Made by a program: the position numbers and the translations under genes. Under the pieces are notes generated by a model that did not search any database, had not been told where the DNA came from, and worked only from the letters and a program-made list of their open reading frames with translations. Below, piece by piece: positions 36,658 to 47,489 of a DNA stretch of 64,000 bases (positions within the stretch are counted from its first letter, which is position 1; each line of letters opens with the position of its first letter). Source of the DNA: an uncultured Fimbriimonadaceae bacterium (lineage in GTDB: Bacteria > Armatimonadota > UBA10988); NCBI GenBank assembly GCA_964405335.1, contig CAYONP010000020.1, positions 2,069 to 66,068 of the forward strand, written 5' to 3'.

Positions 36658-39342
36658 GTGCGCACCGTTGTTCTGGCCGACGCACCCAGACTGGCCTTGC
36701 CGGCCGACTGTGACGACTTCCGCGTGGTCACGCCGAATGCGCAGGCGGCGCGGGCGCTCGGGGTGCCGAAGTGCGACTTCCGCACGCTGGCCGTGGCGGT
36801 GCTGCGCGGCCGGGGCATCCGCTTGGCACCAGAGCCGGCGGCCCACCGCGCTCTCCGGCGGGCCGTGGCCAAGGTAGGCTTCGCGAGCCCGGAGCGCTTC
36901 GCCGCCGTGCTGGAGCCGTCGCTCAAACGCGTGATGCGCAGCGGTGCCGGCCTCACCGTGCTGCTCCAACACGGCGGCCGGGCGGCGCGCCTGGCCGAGG
37001 TGATCGGGGTCTACCGCGAGAAGCTCGGCGACAAGCTGATCGACGAGGCCGACGCGCTGCACCGCGCCGCTGAACACCCGCCTGAGCAGGCGCGGATGCT
37101 GGTCTATGGCTATCCACGCCTGGACACCGACGAGCTGGCCCTGCTCGACGCCGTCGCCGGCGACGGCAGCCTGCTCATCCTGCCCGGCGGCGAGGCGGCG
37201 CTGTTCGACGAGAGCCGGCAGATCGCCGAGGCGCTGGCGCAGCGTGGCTGGCAGGTCGAGCGCGCGACGGCCCGCGGCGAAACGGTCGGCGACCGGCTGG
37301 CGGCGCGGTACCTCGGCGGGCAAATCGAAGTCGCGGTGACCGGCCACGGATACCCCGACGACGAGGCCGAGGTGCGCGGGGTGCTGGCGCAGGTCAAGCG
37401 TCGCCTGCGCGACGGCGTGGCGCCGAGCGACATCGTGCTGATCGCGCGCGATGAGCGGCACTACGAGCCGATCGTGACCGCGGTGGCCGAGGAGTATGGC
37501 CTGCGCGTGCGGCCGGGCTATCGGCGCCCGTTGACCGAGACGCGGCTCGGCGGCTGGCTGGCCCTGCTGCTCGAGGCGCTGGCCGAGGGCCGGCCGTTCG
37601 AGCCGACGCTGCGCCTCTACGGCTCCGGCCTGCTCGACGACGTCGAGCCGGAGCAGCTTGCCGACCCGCGCCGCGAGCGGGCGGTCGGCGCGCGGTGGGA
37701 CGCCTACGCGCTACCGGTCATCGTGCCGTTGGGCGGCCTGCCCGACCAGCAGTCGATGCCGAGCTGGACCGCCTGGCTGCGCGGGCTGATTGAGTCGCTC
37801 GACCTGCGCGGGCGCCTGGCCGCCTGGCCGCGCGAGTTGTACGCGCTCGCGTTGCTGCTCGACGGCCTCGGGTACCTGGGCGACGCCGGCGCCGTTCCGG
37901 CCCGGTGGTTTGCCGCCGAGGTGCTCGACCTGCTCGGCGCGCTGACCGTCGAGTCGGCGCCGGGTCGCGGCGGGGTGGAGCTGCACACGCCGTTGGCGGT
38001 CTACGGCGCGACGATCCCGCACCTCTTCATCCTCGGCGCGGTCGAGGGCCGACTGCCGGCGGCGGTCGACGATGACCCGTACCTGGACTTCCACCTGCGC
38101 GAAGCGCTGGCCCGGCGCGGGGTGCCGCTCGAGCTGGCCGCCGACGCGGCGCGACGCGAGGAGCTGTCGCTCCACACCCTGCTCCTGACGGCCGCCGGCG
38201 AGGTGGTCATCTCGGTGCCGCGCAGCATCGGCGGGGCCGCGGTCCTGCCCAGCCCGCTGGTCGAGCGGCTGGGCCTGAGCCTCGTCGCGCCGCCGGTGAT
38301 TCACGCCGCACCGCGCGAGGTGCTCCGAGCCGACCTGGCCGCCGCGACGGGACCGATCGCCGAGCAGGCGCGGCGCGCGGCAAGGGTCGAGCTGCGCCGG
38401 GAGTCGTCGCAGGCGCATGACCATCACGACGGCCGGCTCGGCCGGGCGGTTGACCCGCCGGGTGCGTTCAGCATCACGCAGTTGACCGCGTTGGGGCAGT
38501 GTCCGTTCAAGTGGTTTACCGAGCGGCGCCTGGGCCTGGCCGAGGCCGAAGAGGGCCTGGCCGAGCCCGACGCGCGACTGACCGGCAGCCTGGCGCACCG
38601 CGCCCTGGAGCTGGCCGGCCGGGCCGCGGCGGCCGCCGGCGCGGCGGACGAGCGGGATGTCTGGGTCTACTACCTCCCCCACGCTCTCGACCTGGCCGCC
38701 GGCCAGGCGGGTGAGTCGGCGGCGGCGCGCGAGGTGCTCGACGTCGCGGGCGAGCCCGAGCCCGACGCCGATGAGCCGGAGCTGCACCAACTCGGCCGGC
38801 TCAGCCACTGGCCGCTGCTGCGGCAGGAGTGGCTCGAGGTGCTGACACGCGCGGTCGAGGTCGACTCCTTCTGGTCGGCCGGCGTGCCGACCGAGTTCGA
38901 GTGCCGCTTCGATGAGGACTGGCACGGGCTGCGCCTGCGCGGCGTGATTGACCGCATCGACCTGCTCGACAACGGCGGCGCGGTGCTGTTCGACTACAAA
39001 ACCCGCAGCGGCACCGACCGGCCAACCGGCGTGCAGGACGAGACGGGCAAGGCGCGGCTCGACCTGCAACTCACCGCTTACGCCGAGATCTACGCCGAGC
39101 TGAGCGGCGAGCCGGCGGTCGACGCCCACTATCTCAATCTGCGCTCCGCCCAGCGGGCGAAGGACCCGAGCGAGGCGTCGCGGGTCGACGGGGCAGCCTT
39201 CGCCGGCGAGGTCATCGAGCGCTTCGGCGCCGGCGACTTCGCCGTCGAGCCCGACGGCGCCCGCGAGGCCTGCCGTTACTGCGACCTAACCCTAGTCTGC
39301 CGGATCGGCCCGCGGCTGGAGCGGAAGCGAGGGGCGGAATGA
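36658..39342 (+). CDS. AddB-like helicase-nuclease subunit (inactivated helicase plus PD-(D/E)XK nuclease with Fe-S Cys cluster)
   Basis: GTG start 2 nt after the GH130 stop. C-terminal RecB-family nuclease (VIDRIDLL...LFDYKTRSG...QLTAYAEIY) and CRYCDLTLVC. AddA follows with a 4-bp overlap. Confidence 0.7.
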   Translation: MRTVVLADAPRLALPADCDDFRVVTPNAQAARALGVPKCDFRTLAVAVLRGRGIRLAPEPAAHRALRRAVAKVGFASPERFAAVLEPSLKRVMRSGAGLTVLLQHGGRAARLAEVIGVYREKLGDKLIDEADALHRAAEHPPEQARMLVYGYPRLDTDELALLDAVAGDGSLLILPGGEAALFDESRQIAEALAQRGWQVERATARGETVGDRLAARYLGGQIEVAVTGHGYPDDEAEVRGVLAQVKRRLRDGVAPSDIVLIARDERHYEPIVTAVAEEYGLRVRPGYRRPLTETRLGGWLALLLEALAEGRPFEPTLRLYGSGLLDDVEPEQLADPRRERAVGARWDAYALPVIVPLGGLPDQQSMPSWTAWLRGLIESLDLRGRLAAWPRELYALALLLDGLGYLGDAGAVPARWFAAEVLDLLGALTVESAPGRGGVELHTPLAVYGATIPHLFILGAVEGRLPAAVDDDPYLDFHLREALARRGVPLELAADAARREELSLHTLLLTAAGEVVISVPRSIGGAAVLPSPLVERLGLSLVAPPVIHAAPREVLRADLAAATGPIAEQARRAARVELRRESSQAHDHHDGRLGRAVDPPGAFSITQLTALGQCPFKWFTERRLGLAEAEEGLAEPDARLTGSLAHRALELAGRAAAAAGAADERDVWVYYLPHALDLAAGQAGESAAAREVLDVAGEPEPDADEPELHQLGRLSHWPLLRQEWLEVLTRAVEVDSFWSAGVPTEFECRFDEDWHGLRLRGVIDRIDLLDNGGAVLFDYKTRSGTDRPTGVQDETGKARLDLQLTAYAEIYAELSGEPAVDAHYLNLRSAQRAKDPSEASRVDGAAFAGEVIERFGAGDFAVEPDGAREACRYCDLTLVCRIGPRLERKRGAE

Positions 39343-42300
39343 GGCTCACGCCAAACCCCGAGCAGCAGGCGGCGGCGAGCCATCCCTCCAGCCTGGCGGT
39401 GACCGCCAGCGCCGGCACCGGCAAGACCGCGATGCTGGTCGAGCGTTACCTGCACCATCTGCTGGCCGGCGGTCTGAGGCCGCTGCAGGTGGTCGCCGCG
39501 ACGTTCACCGAGAAAGCCGCGGGCGAACTGCGCGAACGGGTGAGGAAGCGCCTGCGCGAGGAGTTGGGTAGCGCCGACCCGCGGCTGGCCGAGCTCGATG
39601 CCGCGCCGATCGGCACGCTGCACAGCCTGGCCGCGCGGATCTGCCGCGAGCATCCCGAGGCGGCCGAGGTCGCGCCGGGGTTCGTCATCCTCGACGAGAC
39701 CGAGGCACCGATCTGGTCGCGCCAGCGGGTCGATGAGCTGCTGACCCGCCTGCCGCCCGAGCGGTTCGCCGGCCTGCGCTGGAGCCTGGCTCGCGCGGCG
39801 GTGCACCGGCTGCTGGACGAGCCCTTCGTGGCGGCGCAGGCGCTGGAGCGGGTGACTCGTCCGTGGGCCGAGGTGCGCGCCGAGTGGGCAACCTGGGCCG
39901 CGGCCGAGCGCGAGGCCGGCCTGGCCGAGCTGACCGCGCCGCCGTGGGACGAGACGGTCGGCTTTCTGCGCAGTGTCCGCGGCGCTTCAGACGACGGCGC
40001 CGAGATCGCCCGCCAGACCATCCTCGACGGCGTCGAGCTCTTCGAGGCGGGTGAGTTGCGGCCCGGCTTGGAGCTGATGGCTTCGGCCGACCTGCGCTAC
40101 GGTCGCAAGGCGGCCTGGCGGTGCGACCTGGCCGAGGTGAAGGCGGCCCTGAAACTGCTCTGCGAGCGGGCCCGCAAAGCACGCAAGGACGGCCGCGCAA
40201 CGGCCGAGGTGACCGACCTCGACGAGCATCACCACAGCCTGCTGCAGCGCTTGCGCGGGTTGGTCGAGACAGTCGGCGGCGGCCTGAGCGAGCTGAAGCG
40301 CCAAGCCGGCCTGCTCGGCTACGCCGACCTCGAGACCGGCGCGCTACTGGCGCTCGGGCGCGAGGATGTGCGCCGCTGGTATGCCGAGCGGTGGCAGGCG
40401 ATTCTGGTCGACGAGGCGCAGGACGTCAACCCGACCCAGGCCGAGCTGCTGCGCCGGCTGCGCGATCTCGAGCCGGCGCCGACGCTGACCGCGGTCGGCG
40501 ACGTGAAGCAGTCGATCTACGGCTTCCGCCACGCGCGGCCGGAGGAGTTCGAGGCGCTCGGGCACGCACTCGGCGCGCCGCACCGGCTGAGCCGCACCTA
40601 CCGCCAGCACCGCCCGCTGGCCGAGACGCTCAACGCCCTATTCGCGCCGGTTCTGGGTGAGCAGCACGCGCCCGTGGAGTCCGAGCGTGAACCGCCGCAC
40701 CCCGGCCGCTACGTCGAGCTCGCCGTGGTGGCCGAAAAGGCCTCGGCCGCGACCGGCCGTCAGGCCGAGGCGGCTTATCTGGCTGCGCGACTGACCCAGT
40801 GGCTCGGCCAACTGCCGGTCCACGACCGGCAGGCCGACTGCGTCCGGCCGCTCGAGCCGCGTGACGTGGCCGTGCTCTCGCGCGCCTGGCAGCCGCTCGA
40901 TCTGTTCGCCGACGCCTTCGCCGCGGCGGGCATTCCGGTGGTCCACCACGGCGGCGGCAGTCTGCTCGCCACGCGCGAGGCGCTCGACGGCATCGCACTG
41001 CTGCGCACGCTGTGCGATCCGGGCGACCGGCTCGCGCTGGCGGCTGTGCTGCGCGGGCCGATGTGTGCCGTCGATGACGTTGCCCTCGACGACTTGGCCC
41101 GGCCCGGCGACCAGCCCTGGCCGAAGCGTCTCGACGGCATTGCCGCGGCCGCCTGGCTCGCCGAGCTGCGCAAGATGGCCCGGTGTGAACCGCCGTCGCG
41201 GCTGCTCGAGCGGGCCGACGAGCTGACCGGCTACAGCGCGGTGCTGGCCAATCTGCCGCTGGCCGAGCGGCGGCTGGCCGACTGGCGCGGCTTCATCGCC
41301 GCCGTGCGCGAGGCCGAACGGGGGCACCTAGACCTGTTCGCCATCGTGCGCTGGCTCCGCCAGTTGCTGGAGGCCGGCGTCGAGCTGCCGCGGCCGTCGC
41401 TCGAGGCGCACGACGCGGTCAGCCTGGCGACCATCCACTTCGCCAAGGGGCTCGAGTGGCCGGTGGTGATCGTGCCCGACCTGTCGCGCCAATCGCGAGG
41501 CAACGACCCGCGTCTGCGGCTCGACGCGGCGCGCGGCGTGGCGCTCGACCTGCCGCTGCCCGACGATCAGCCGCAGCCGTTCCTGACCTGGCTGCTGAAA
41601 GCGAACGACAAGCAGCGCGAGGCCGATGAGCTGAAGCGGCTGGCCTACGTCGCACTGACCCGCGCCCGCGACCGGCTGCTGCTCACCGCCGGCCGCACGA
41701 GCGGCGGCAGCTCGCTGCTTGAGCTGCTCTCCGAGCCGCTGGCCGCCGCCGGTGTCACCGCCGACGCCATCCCCTTCGACCCGGCCGCGCCGCTGCCCGA
41801 GCCGACGGTCAAGCCGACGACTGGCCCGGCACCCGAAGCGGTGCTGCTGGAGCGGCTGCAGACGGGCCTCGACGAGGTGGTCGCCTCGGCGCTCGACCTC
41901 TACGAGCGCTGTCCGCGCCGGTTCTGGTACGACCAGGTCGAAGGCCATCCCGGCCTGCCGGTCGACGGCGAGGGTGGTGAGGCGCGGCGCATCGGCATCC
42001 TGGTCCATCACGCCCTCGAGCACGGTCTGCGCTCCGGCGCGGAGTTGCGCCTGCAGGATGCGGCGATCTCCGACGACGGCCTCCAGCACGCGCTGGCGCT
42101 GCTGGCGAGTTGGGATCAACACTCGGCCTTCGCCGCCGTCCGCGAGGCCGCCGCCGAGCCGGAGGTCGAGCAGGTCGGCGAGCTGCACGGCGTGCGGCTG
42201 ACGGCGCGGATCGACCGCCTCGCCGGCGAGTTCGTGCTCGACTACAAGACCGGTCAGACGGCCGTTGCCGAGACGCACGACCTTCAGCTCTGGGCCTATG

Positions 42301-42506
42301 CGCGGCTGAGCGGTCGCCCGGCGGCATACGTCGCCGACCTCGAAACGCCGCGCCTGCTGGCCCTCGACCCAGCGCGGGTCGATGCGCTCGAGGCACGCGC
42401 CGAGGCGGTGCTGAGCGGCATCCGGCAGGGCGAGTTCGAAGCCCGGCCCGGCGAGGCGACGTGCCGGGTTTGTCCCTACTCGGCGGTCTGCCCGGCGGCG
42501 GTGTAG
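39339..42506 (+). CDS. AddA/UvrD-family ATP-dependent helicase-nuclease
   Basis: 1055 aa. Walker A (ASAGTGKTAML), UvrD motifs (ILVDEAQDVNPTQAELL; TYRQHRP; SIHFAKGLEWPVV) and a C-terminal PD-(D/E)XK (IDRLAGEFVLDYKTGQ). Confidence 0.85.
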   Translation: MRLTPNPEQQAAASHPSSLAVTASAGTGKTAMLVERYLHHLLAGGLRPLQVVAATFTEKAAGELRERVRKRLREELGSADPRLAELDAAPIGTLHSLAARICREHPEAAEVAPGFVILDETEAPIWSRQRVDELLTRLPPERFAGLRWSLARAAVHRLLDEPFVAAQALERVTRPWAEVRAEWATWAAAEREAGLAELTAPPWDETVGFLRSVRGASDDGAEIARQTILDGVELFEAGELRPGLELMASADLRYGRKAAWRCDLAEVKAALKLLCERARKARKDGRATAEVTDLDEHHHSLLQRLRGLVETVGGGLSELKRQAGLLGYADLETGALLALGREDVRRWYAERWQAILVDEAQDVNPTQAELLRRLRDLEPAPTLTAVGDVKQSIYGFRHARPEEFEALGHALGAPHRLSRTYRQHRPLAETLNALFAPVLGEQHAPVESEREPPHPGRYVELAVVAEKASAATGRQAEAAYLAARLTQWLGQLPVHDRQADCVRPLEPRDVAVLSRAWQPLDLFADAFAAAGIPVVHHGGGSLLATREALDGIALLRTLCDPGDRLALAAVLRGPMCAVDDVALDDLARPGDQPWPKRLDGIAAAAWLAELRKMARCEPPSRLLERADELTGYSAVLANLPLAERRLADWRGFIAAVREAERGHLDLFAIVRWLRQLLEAGVELPRPSLEAHDAVSLATIHFAKGLEWPVVIVPDLSRQSRGNDPRLRLDAARGVALDLPLPDDQPQPFLTWLLKANDKQREADELKRLAYVALTRARDRLLLTAGRTSGGSSLLELLSEPLAAAGVTADAIPFDPAAPLPEPTVKPTTGPAPEAVLLERLQTGLDEVVASALDLYERCPRRFWYDQVEGHPGLPVDGEGGEARRIGILVHHALEHGLRSGAELRLQDAAISDDGLQHALALLASWDQHSAFAAVREAAAEPEVEQVGELHGVRLTARIDRLAGEFVLDYKTGQTAVAETHDLQLWAYARLSGRPAAYVADLETPRLLALDPARVDALEARAEAVLSGIRQGEFEARPGEATCRVCPYSAVCPAAV

Positions 42507-44452
42507 AAGACCTGACGCAGCGCCTCGCAGACCGGTTTCGGCCGGCCCTCGACGTCGATCAGCGCGTTGCCGATGGGGCACGGGAAGCAGTCGTGGCCGT
42601 GCCAGATGATGAACCCGCCGCAGGCCGGAAAGCGCTCTTTGTGCCGCGCCGCGGCGAACGCCAAGGCCACCGCCTGCTCGCGTTGCGTCTGCTCGATGTA
42701 GGCCGCCAGCGCCGCTTCGGGCTCGAGGCCGGCAAGGTGCGCAAAGCGGTGTAGCATCAGCCACCAGGCGCTGGAGTGCCGCCACTCGGGCCCGTCGGGT
42801 GGCCACCAGCCGCGCGGCAGGTAGCGGCGGATCACCTCGGCGTCGCAGGCGCCGGGCATGCCGGTTTCACTGCGGAAGAGGGAGTCGTCGCGGCGGAACA
42901 GCTCGAACCAGCCCTCCAGGTCGGCGGCGCCGCCGATGCCCCACGGGCCGTGGACGCAATGGTGCAGGCCGCTGCCCACCGTCTCGAGCGAGGCGCTGAA
43001 GCGCGGGCCGTAGGCCGAGGTGGGCAGGAACCGGCGGCCCGGATCGTCGCGCTCGACCACCGCCGCCAGCGCGGCCAGGCAGGGGTGGCTCAGGTCGCAC
43101 GGCACGCCGCCGCCGGTCTTCGAGCCGGGGCCGGACGACTGCAGCTCGTTGCCGCCACACCACATCAGCAGGCTGGCATGGTGCGCACGCCGCGTGATGT
43201 AACTGCCGGCGATGCGCTCCAGCTCGGCGATGGCGGCCGGCTGCTCGGGCGGCCAGTTGTCGATGCCCGAGGACGACAGGGGGAACTCCTGCCAGACCAG
43301 GATCCCGGCCTCGTCGCAGGCATCATAGAACGACTCGGGCGGCAGGTAGGCGCCGCCCCAGACGCGCAGCACGTTGCAGCCCATGTCGCGATAGAGCGCC
43401 ACCCGCTGGCGATAGTCGGCCGCCGTGGTGTCCGGGTAGGCCACTCGGACCGGCGACCAATTGGCCCCCTGCAGAAACGTCGGCGTGCCGTTGACCTCGC
43501 AGATCCAGGGCAGCGCATCGGCCGGCGCGCCGTCGCAGGGCAACCAGCGCACGCGCTTGAAGCCAACGCGGCGGGTGGCCGACCAGAGCACCTGATCCGA
43601 CTCGTCGATCACGTCGACGTCGAGCCGGTAGAGCTTCTGCGCGCCGGCCAGGTTGGGTTGCCACGGTGTCACCGCACCGGGCTCGAGACGGACCTCGTTG
43701 ACCCCCTCGCCGATCGGCAAGACCAGCATCTGCAGCAACGAATCGCCGTCGTAGAGCGCGGCGCTGACCCGCCGCAGGCGGCGATCGGCGGCCGGCCGGT
43801 GCTCCAGTCGCAGGTGCACCGTGCCCGTCGCCAGGTCGTCGGCCAGCTCGGTCCGCACCGGGCCGAGGTGCAGTTCGGCGGCCGCGCCGGTGAGCAGCCG
43901 CAGCCCGCCGACCACGCCGATCGGCACGAACCGCGCACACCAATCCCAGGAGAAGTTGTAACGCGGCTTGAAGTAACGCGACCGCGAGGTGTAGCCGATC
44001 TGGCCCTGCTCCTCGGGCGGCGTGTCGAAGACGATGCTGAGCCAGTGCTCGGCGCCGTCGCCGAGTTGCTCGGTCAGATCGAACCGCTGCGGCGTCAACG
44101 CGCCCGACCAGCTCGCGACCTCGCGGCCGTCGACCAGAACCCAGCCCGCGTAATCGAGCCCCTCGGCCGCCAGCACGATGGGCTCATCGTGCGGCGCGGT
44201 GAGCCGGCAGACCAACTCCCAGTGCCGGTGCTCGACCCACTCGCAGGCGAGCGAGTTGAGGCCGACCAGCCAGTCTTCGATCCGCCCGGCGCGACGCAGC
44301 GCCTCCTGCACGGTGCCGGGCACCACCGCGTCGACCGGGCCGACGTCGAAGCCGATGCCCTGACCCGTCTCCATCGATGCGCGCAGCCGCCACGAGTACG
44401 GCCGCCAGCCCTGCCACTGCCAGTCCAGGTCGTTCAGCTCAATCGCCGACAT
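42476..44452 (-). CDS. GH2-family glycoside hydrolase (beta-mannosidase-like)
   Basis: N-terminal sugar-binding jelly-roll, Ig-like beta-sandwich and TIM barrel with WCGGNE acid/base motif. Start at the internal ATG (MSAIELNDLDWQW). Confidence 0.7.
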   Translation of the reverse strand: MSAIELNDLDWQWQGWRPYSWRLRASMETGQGIGFDVGPVDAVVPGTVQEALRRAGRIEDWLVGLNSLACEWVEHRHWELVCRLTAPHDEPIVLAAEGLDYAGWVLVDGREVASWSGALTPQRFDLTEQLGDGAEHWLSIVFDTPPEEQGQIGYTSRSRYFKPRYNFSWDWCARFVPIGVVGGLRLLTGAAAELHLGPVRTELADDLATGTVHLRLEHRPAADRRLRRVSAALYDGDSLLQMLVLPIGEGVNEVRLEPGAVTPWQPNLAGAQKLYRLDVDVIDESDQVLWSATRRVGFKRVRWLPCDGAPADALPWICEVNGTPTFLQGANWSPVRVAYPDTTAADYRQRVALYRDMGCNVLRVWGGAYLPPESFYDACDEAGILVWQEFPLSSSGIDNWPPEQPAAIAELERIAGSYITRRAHHASLLMWCGGNELQSSGPGSKTGGGVPCDLSHPCLAALAAVVERDDPGRRFLPTSAYGPRFSASLETVGSGLHHCVHGPWGIGGAADLEGWFELFRRDDSLFRSETGMPGACDAEVIRRYLPRGWWPPDGPEWRHSSAWWLMLHRFAHLAGLEPEAALAAYIEQTQREQAVALAFAAARHKERFPACGGFIIWHGHDCFPCPIGNALIDVEGRPKPVCEALRQVFYTAAGQTAE

Positions 44453-44585
44453 GCCAATCCCCGCCGCATTATCGCAGGCTGCGGCCACGCCATCCAGCAT
44501 CGCCACGGTGGCAATGGACGCCGGCGCCCCGGCGACACAGAATACTGGGCATGCTGGGCCGGTCGCCGTACCTGGAGCGACAGTG

Positions 44586-45368
44586 ATGGGTTGGGAGGAG
44601 CCGGACAGCTCCGGCGCCGCGCGTCATCTGCTGTGGACCGGGGGGTGGGACTCGACCTACCGTCTGCTCGAGCTGCTCTACGTCCACGGCCGCGAGGTAC
44701 AGCCGCACTACATCCTCGACGAAGACCGGCAGTCGTTGCGCCATGAGCTGCGCACGATGGCGCAGATCCGCGGCCGGCTTGCCCAACAGCCGGGCCTGCC
44801 GCGCCTGCATCCGACGCGGTTCATCGCGCGCTGCGACGTGGCGCCCGACGAGGCAATCACCGCGGCCTTCCACCGCCTGCGGCAGCGCGGACACCTCGGC
44901 TCGCAGTACCACTGGCTCGCCCGCTACGCCGCGCAGATGGCCGGTCTGCCACTCGAGCTCGGGTTCGTCAACGGGCCGATTGGCGACTTCGACATCCGGC
45001 CCTTCATCGTCGAGCGCGAGGTGGACGGCGAGGCCTGTCTGGTCCTCGGTGAGCCGGACGACCCGGACCTGCGCATCTTCGAGCGTTTCCGCTGCCCGCT
45101 GATCCGGCTCGATAAGCCGACCTTACGCACCGAGGCGCGGCGGCACGGCTTCGCCGACCTGCTCGAGCAGTCGTGGTTCTGTCACCGGCCGACCAGCGCG
45201 GGTCGCCCCTGCGGTCTGTGCGGACCCTGCCGCACCGCGGTCGAGCTGGGCATGGCCGACCGACTGCCCGCCAGCGCGCACCTTCGGCGCCGGCTCTACG
45301 ACCTGGCGGCCTATCCGGTCCGACGGCTGCGGCGGTTGACCGCATCGGCGGTGCCTCATCTGGCATGA
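44586..45368 (+). CDS. QueC-like PP-loop ATPase paralog 1 (7-cyano-7-deazaguanine synthase family, divergent)
   Basis: PP-loop LLWTGGWDSTY aligns with queC LMSGGMDSCV. C-terminal PLIRLDKP...EQSWFCHRPTSAGRPCGLCGPCR aligns with queC PLIRLSKA...TWSCYQAEELACGVCDSCR (Cys4 zinc site). Confidence 0.7.
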   Translation: MGWEEPDSSGAARHLLWTGGWDSTYRLLELLYVHGREVQPHYILDEDRQSLRHELRTMAQIRGRLAQQPGLPRLHPTRFIARCDVAPDEAITAAFHRLRQRGHLGSQYHWLARYAAQMAGLPLELGFVNGPIGDFDIRPFIVEREVDGEACLVLGEPDDPDLRIFERFRCPLIRLDKPTLRTEARRHGFADLLEQSWFCHRPTSAGRPCGLCGPCRTAVELGMADRLPASAHLRRRLYDLAAYPVRRLRRLTASAVPHLA

Positions 45369-45429
45369 CGAGGAGAGTGAGTCACCGGCCGGGCATACGA
45401 TTTGCAGTTCGCCACCTAGCTACGCCGCT

Positions 45430-46557
45430 GTGGGCGAATGGCCGGAGGCGAACATGGCGCGAAGGGGAATGGGCATCGCTCGCGGTCTGCGGCGGCGAGC
45501 CAGAGCTGTCGCCGAGACGCGCGCCATGCTGGCCCATCCGGCTGCTGCCGCGGGGTACTACTCGGAGCTGCCGCGCAAGTCGCGAGCCCGCATCCTGGTA
45601 GACCTGTACGGCTTTGCCTTGCGCTACGGCGAACTCGACCTGCTGTACCTACCCAGTGGCCGCGACACGACCGACCCGGCGCAGACGGCCAGGTACCTGC
45701 CCAATCCCGAGTTTCGCCGCCTGCGCCGGCGGCTCAACCACCGAGCCAGTTGGCCCACCGGCTTCGACGCCCAGATCGTGTCTGAAGACAAGGCGATCGC
45801 CGACTGGATCCTCACCGCGCTTGGCCTGCCTCACCCGCAGACGGACGGTTGCCTCTCAGGCGGCGACTACTATGACCGGGCAGGCGCTGCTCATCCGATT
45901 GAGGAGCTGACGAACCTGCTGCCTGCCGAGTGGGACGGGCTGTGCAAGCCGCTCGGTGGCATGTGTGGCGCCGGCATCCACTCGCTCAAGACCTGTGGCG
46001 ACACGCTGCTGCTCGACGGCGAGCCGTTGGCACCGGTCGCACTCGCCGAGCGACTGCGCGGGCCACAACTGCTGCAGGGGCGTGTGCAGCAGCATGTTGC
46101 CTACGCCGCGCTACATGCGACGTCGGTCAACACGCTGCGGCTGGTGACCGAACAGGCGACTGGTGAGGCACGGCTACTGAGCGCAGCGCTGCGCGTCGGC
46201 TGCGGGGGCAAGCTGGTCGACAACTGGGCCGCCGGTGGTCTGATCATCCGAGTCGACCCGGCCTCGGGTACCCTCGGTCGGCACGGCTTTCGCAAGCCCG
46301 GCTACGGCGGTCGGTACGACAGGCACCCGGACAGTGGCATCGGCTTCGAGGGGTATGAGCTGCCGTTCGCTCGCGAAGCGATCGAGCTGGTGCTCCGTGG
46401 GCAGCGGCGATTGCACTGCTTCGGCTCGATCGGCTGGGACATCGCGGTCACGCCGGACGGGCCGCTGGTCCTGGAGTTCAACCACGACTGGGATGGCGGC
46501 ATCCCAATGGTCCTGGAGCCGGACTTCGCCACCACGTTGAGGACCTTGGCCGGTTGA
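45430..46557 (+). CDS. ATP-grasp family ligase (sugar-transfer-associated ATP-grasp-like)
   Basis: C-terminal ATP-grasp catalytic region (GWDIAVTPDGPLVLEFN) and a central Gly-rich loop. Inserted between QueC-like paralogs 1 and 2. Confidence 0.6.
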   Translation: MGEWPEANMARRGMGIARGLRRRARAVAETRAMLAHPAAAAGYYSELPRKSRARILVDLYGFALRYGELDLLYLPSGRDTTDPAQTARYLPNPEFRRLRRRLNHRASWPTGFDAQIVSEDKAIADWILTALGLPHPQTDGCLSGGDYYDRAGAAHPIEELTNLLPAEWDGLCKPLGGMCGAGIHSLKTCGDTLLLDGEPLAPVALAERLRGPQLLQGRVQQHVAYAALHATSVNTLRLVTEQATGEARLLSAALRVGCGGKLVDNWAAGGLIIRVDPASGTLGRHGFRKPGYGGRYDRHPDSGIGFEGYELPFAREAIELVLRGQRRLHCFGSIGWDIAVTPDGPLVLEFNHDWDGGIPMVLEPDFATTLRTLAG

Positions 46558-46683
46558 CGATCAGCTCGGGCTGTGGTCGGCCGGCGCGAATCCGAGCCCA
46601 ACGGACCCGCTTGACAGGTGACTCCTGTGGCACCAGACTGATCGGACCGCGCGGTGATGCGGACGCCGGTCTCGGAGCGGCGA

Positions 46684-47433
46684 ATGGTCGGGGCAGGGAC
46701 GGACGGGTTGGCCGTTCACCTCCTCTGGACCGGGGGCTGGGACTCGACTTACCGCCTGCTCGAACTGCTGCTCGCCGGACGGGCGATCCAGCCGCACTAC
46801 ATCCTCGATGACGACCGGCTCTCGCTCGGCCACGAGTTGCGTACCATGGCCCGTATCCGCCAGCACCTGGCCGCGTGGCCGGGACTGCCCTGCCTGCACC
46901 CGACGCGGTTCGTCGCCAAGACGGAAATCGCCCCTCAGCCGGAGATCACCGCCGCCTTCCGCCGCCTGCGCACCGCTGGTCACCTCGGCTCGCAGTACCA
47001 TTGGCTGGCGCGCTATGCCGCCCAGCTCGAGGGCACGCCGCTCGAGCTGTGCATCGACAACGGCCCGCTCGGCGTCCACGACCTGCGACCGTGGACCATC
47101 GAGCGGAGTGACGGCGAGGTGACCTGGTGGGAGCTCGAACCGGCAATCGAGGGCGACCTGCGCCTGTTCCTGTCCTTCCGGCTGCCGTTGATCCACGTCG
47201 ACAAGCCGGCGATGCGCCGCCGCGCGCAAGAGCTCGGCTTTGACGAGCTGCTGGAGCAGACCTGGTTCTGCCACCAGCCGACCCGGCGCGGCCGGCCGTG
47301 CGGTCGCTGCGTGCCCTGCCGGGTGGCGGTCGAAACGGGGCTGGGTGACCGGGTGCCGGCGATCGCGCGCGCTCGTCGGACCGCCGGCGATATGGTGCGC
47401 CGGTGGGCTAGACGGGCACGGGTAGCCGGTTAA
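46684..47433 (+). CDS. QueC-like PP-loop ATPase paralog 2
   Basis: Roughly 65% identical to paralog 1 (HLLWTGGWDSTYRLLELL, GHLGSQYHWLARYAAQ, WFCHQPTRRGRPCGRCVPCR). Weak TTGACA-like box upstream at ~46611. Confidence 0.7.
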   Translation: MVGAGTDGLAVHLLWTGGWDSTYRLLELLLAGRAIQPHYILDDDRLSLGHELRTMARIRQHLAAWPGLPCLHPTRFVAKTEIAPQPEITAAFRRLRTAGHLGSQYHWLARYAAQLEGTPLELCIDNGPLGVHDLRPWTIERSDGEVTWWELEPAIEGDLRLFLSFRLPLIHVDKPAMRRRAQELGFDELLEQTWFCHQPTRRGRPCGRCVPCRVAVETGLGDRVPAIARARRTAGDMVRRWARRARVAG

Positions 47434-47489
47434 GACGCAGGCGTCGTGGCCGATGCCATCTCCGTGGAAGGGCGCATGGAGTTTGCATC

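Noticed and set aside
46558-46683. Promoter-like TTGACA box before QueC-like paralog 2
   Set aside because: The -35 hexamer is perfect but no convincing -10 follows at 16-18 nt (CAGACT). It was left as a weak note rather than a feature.
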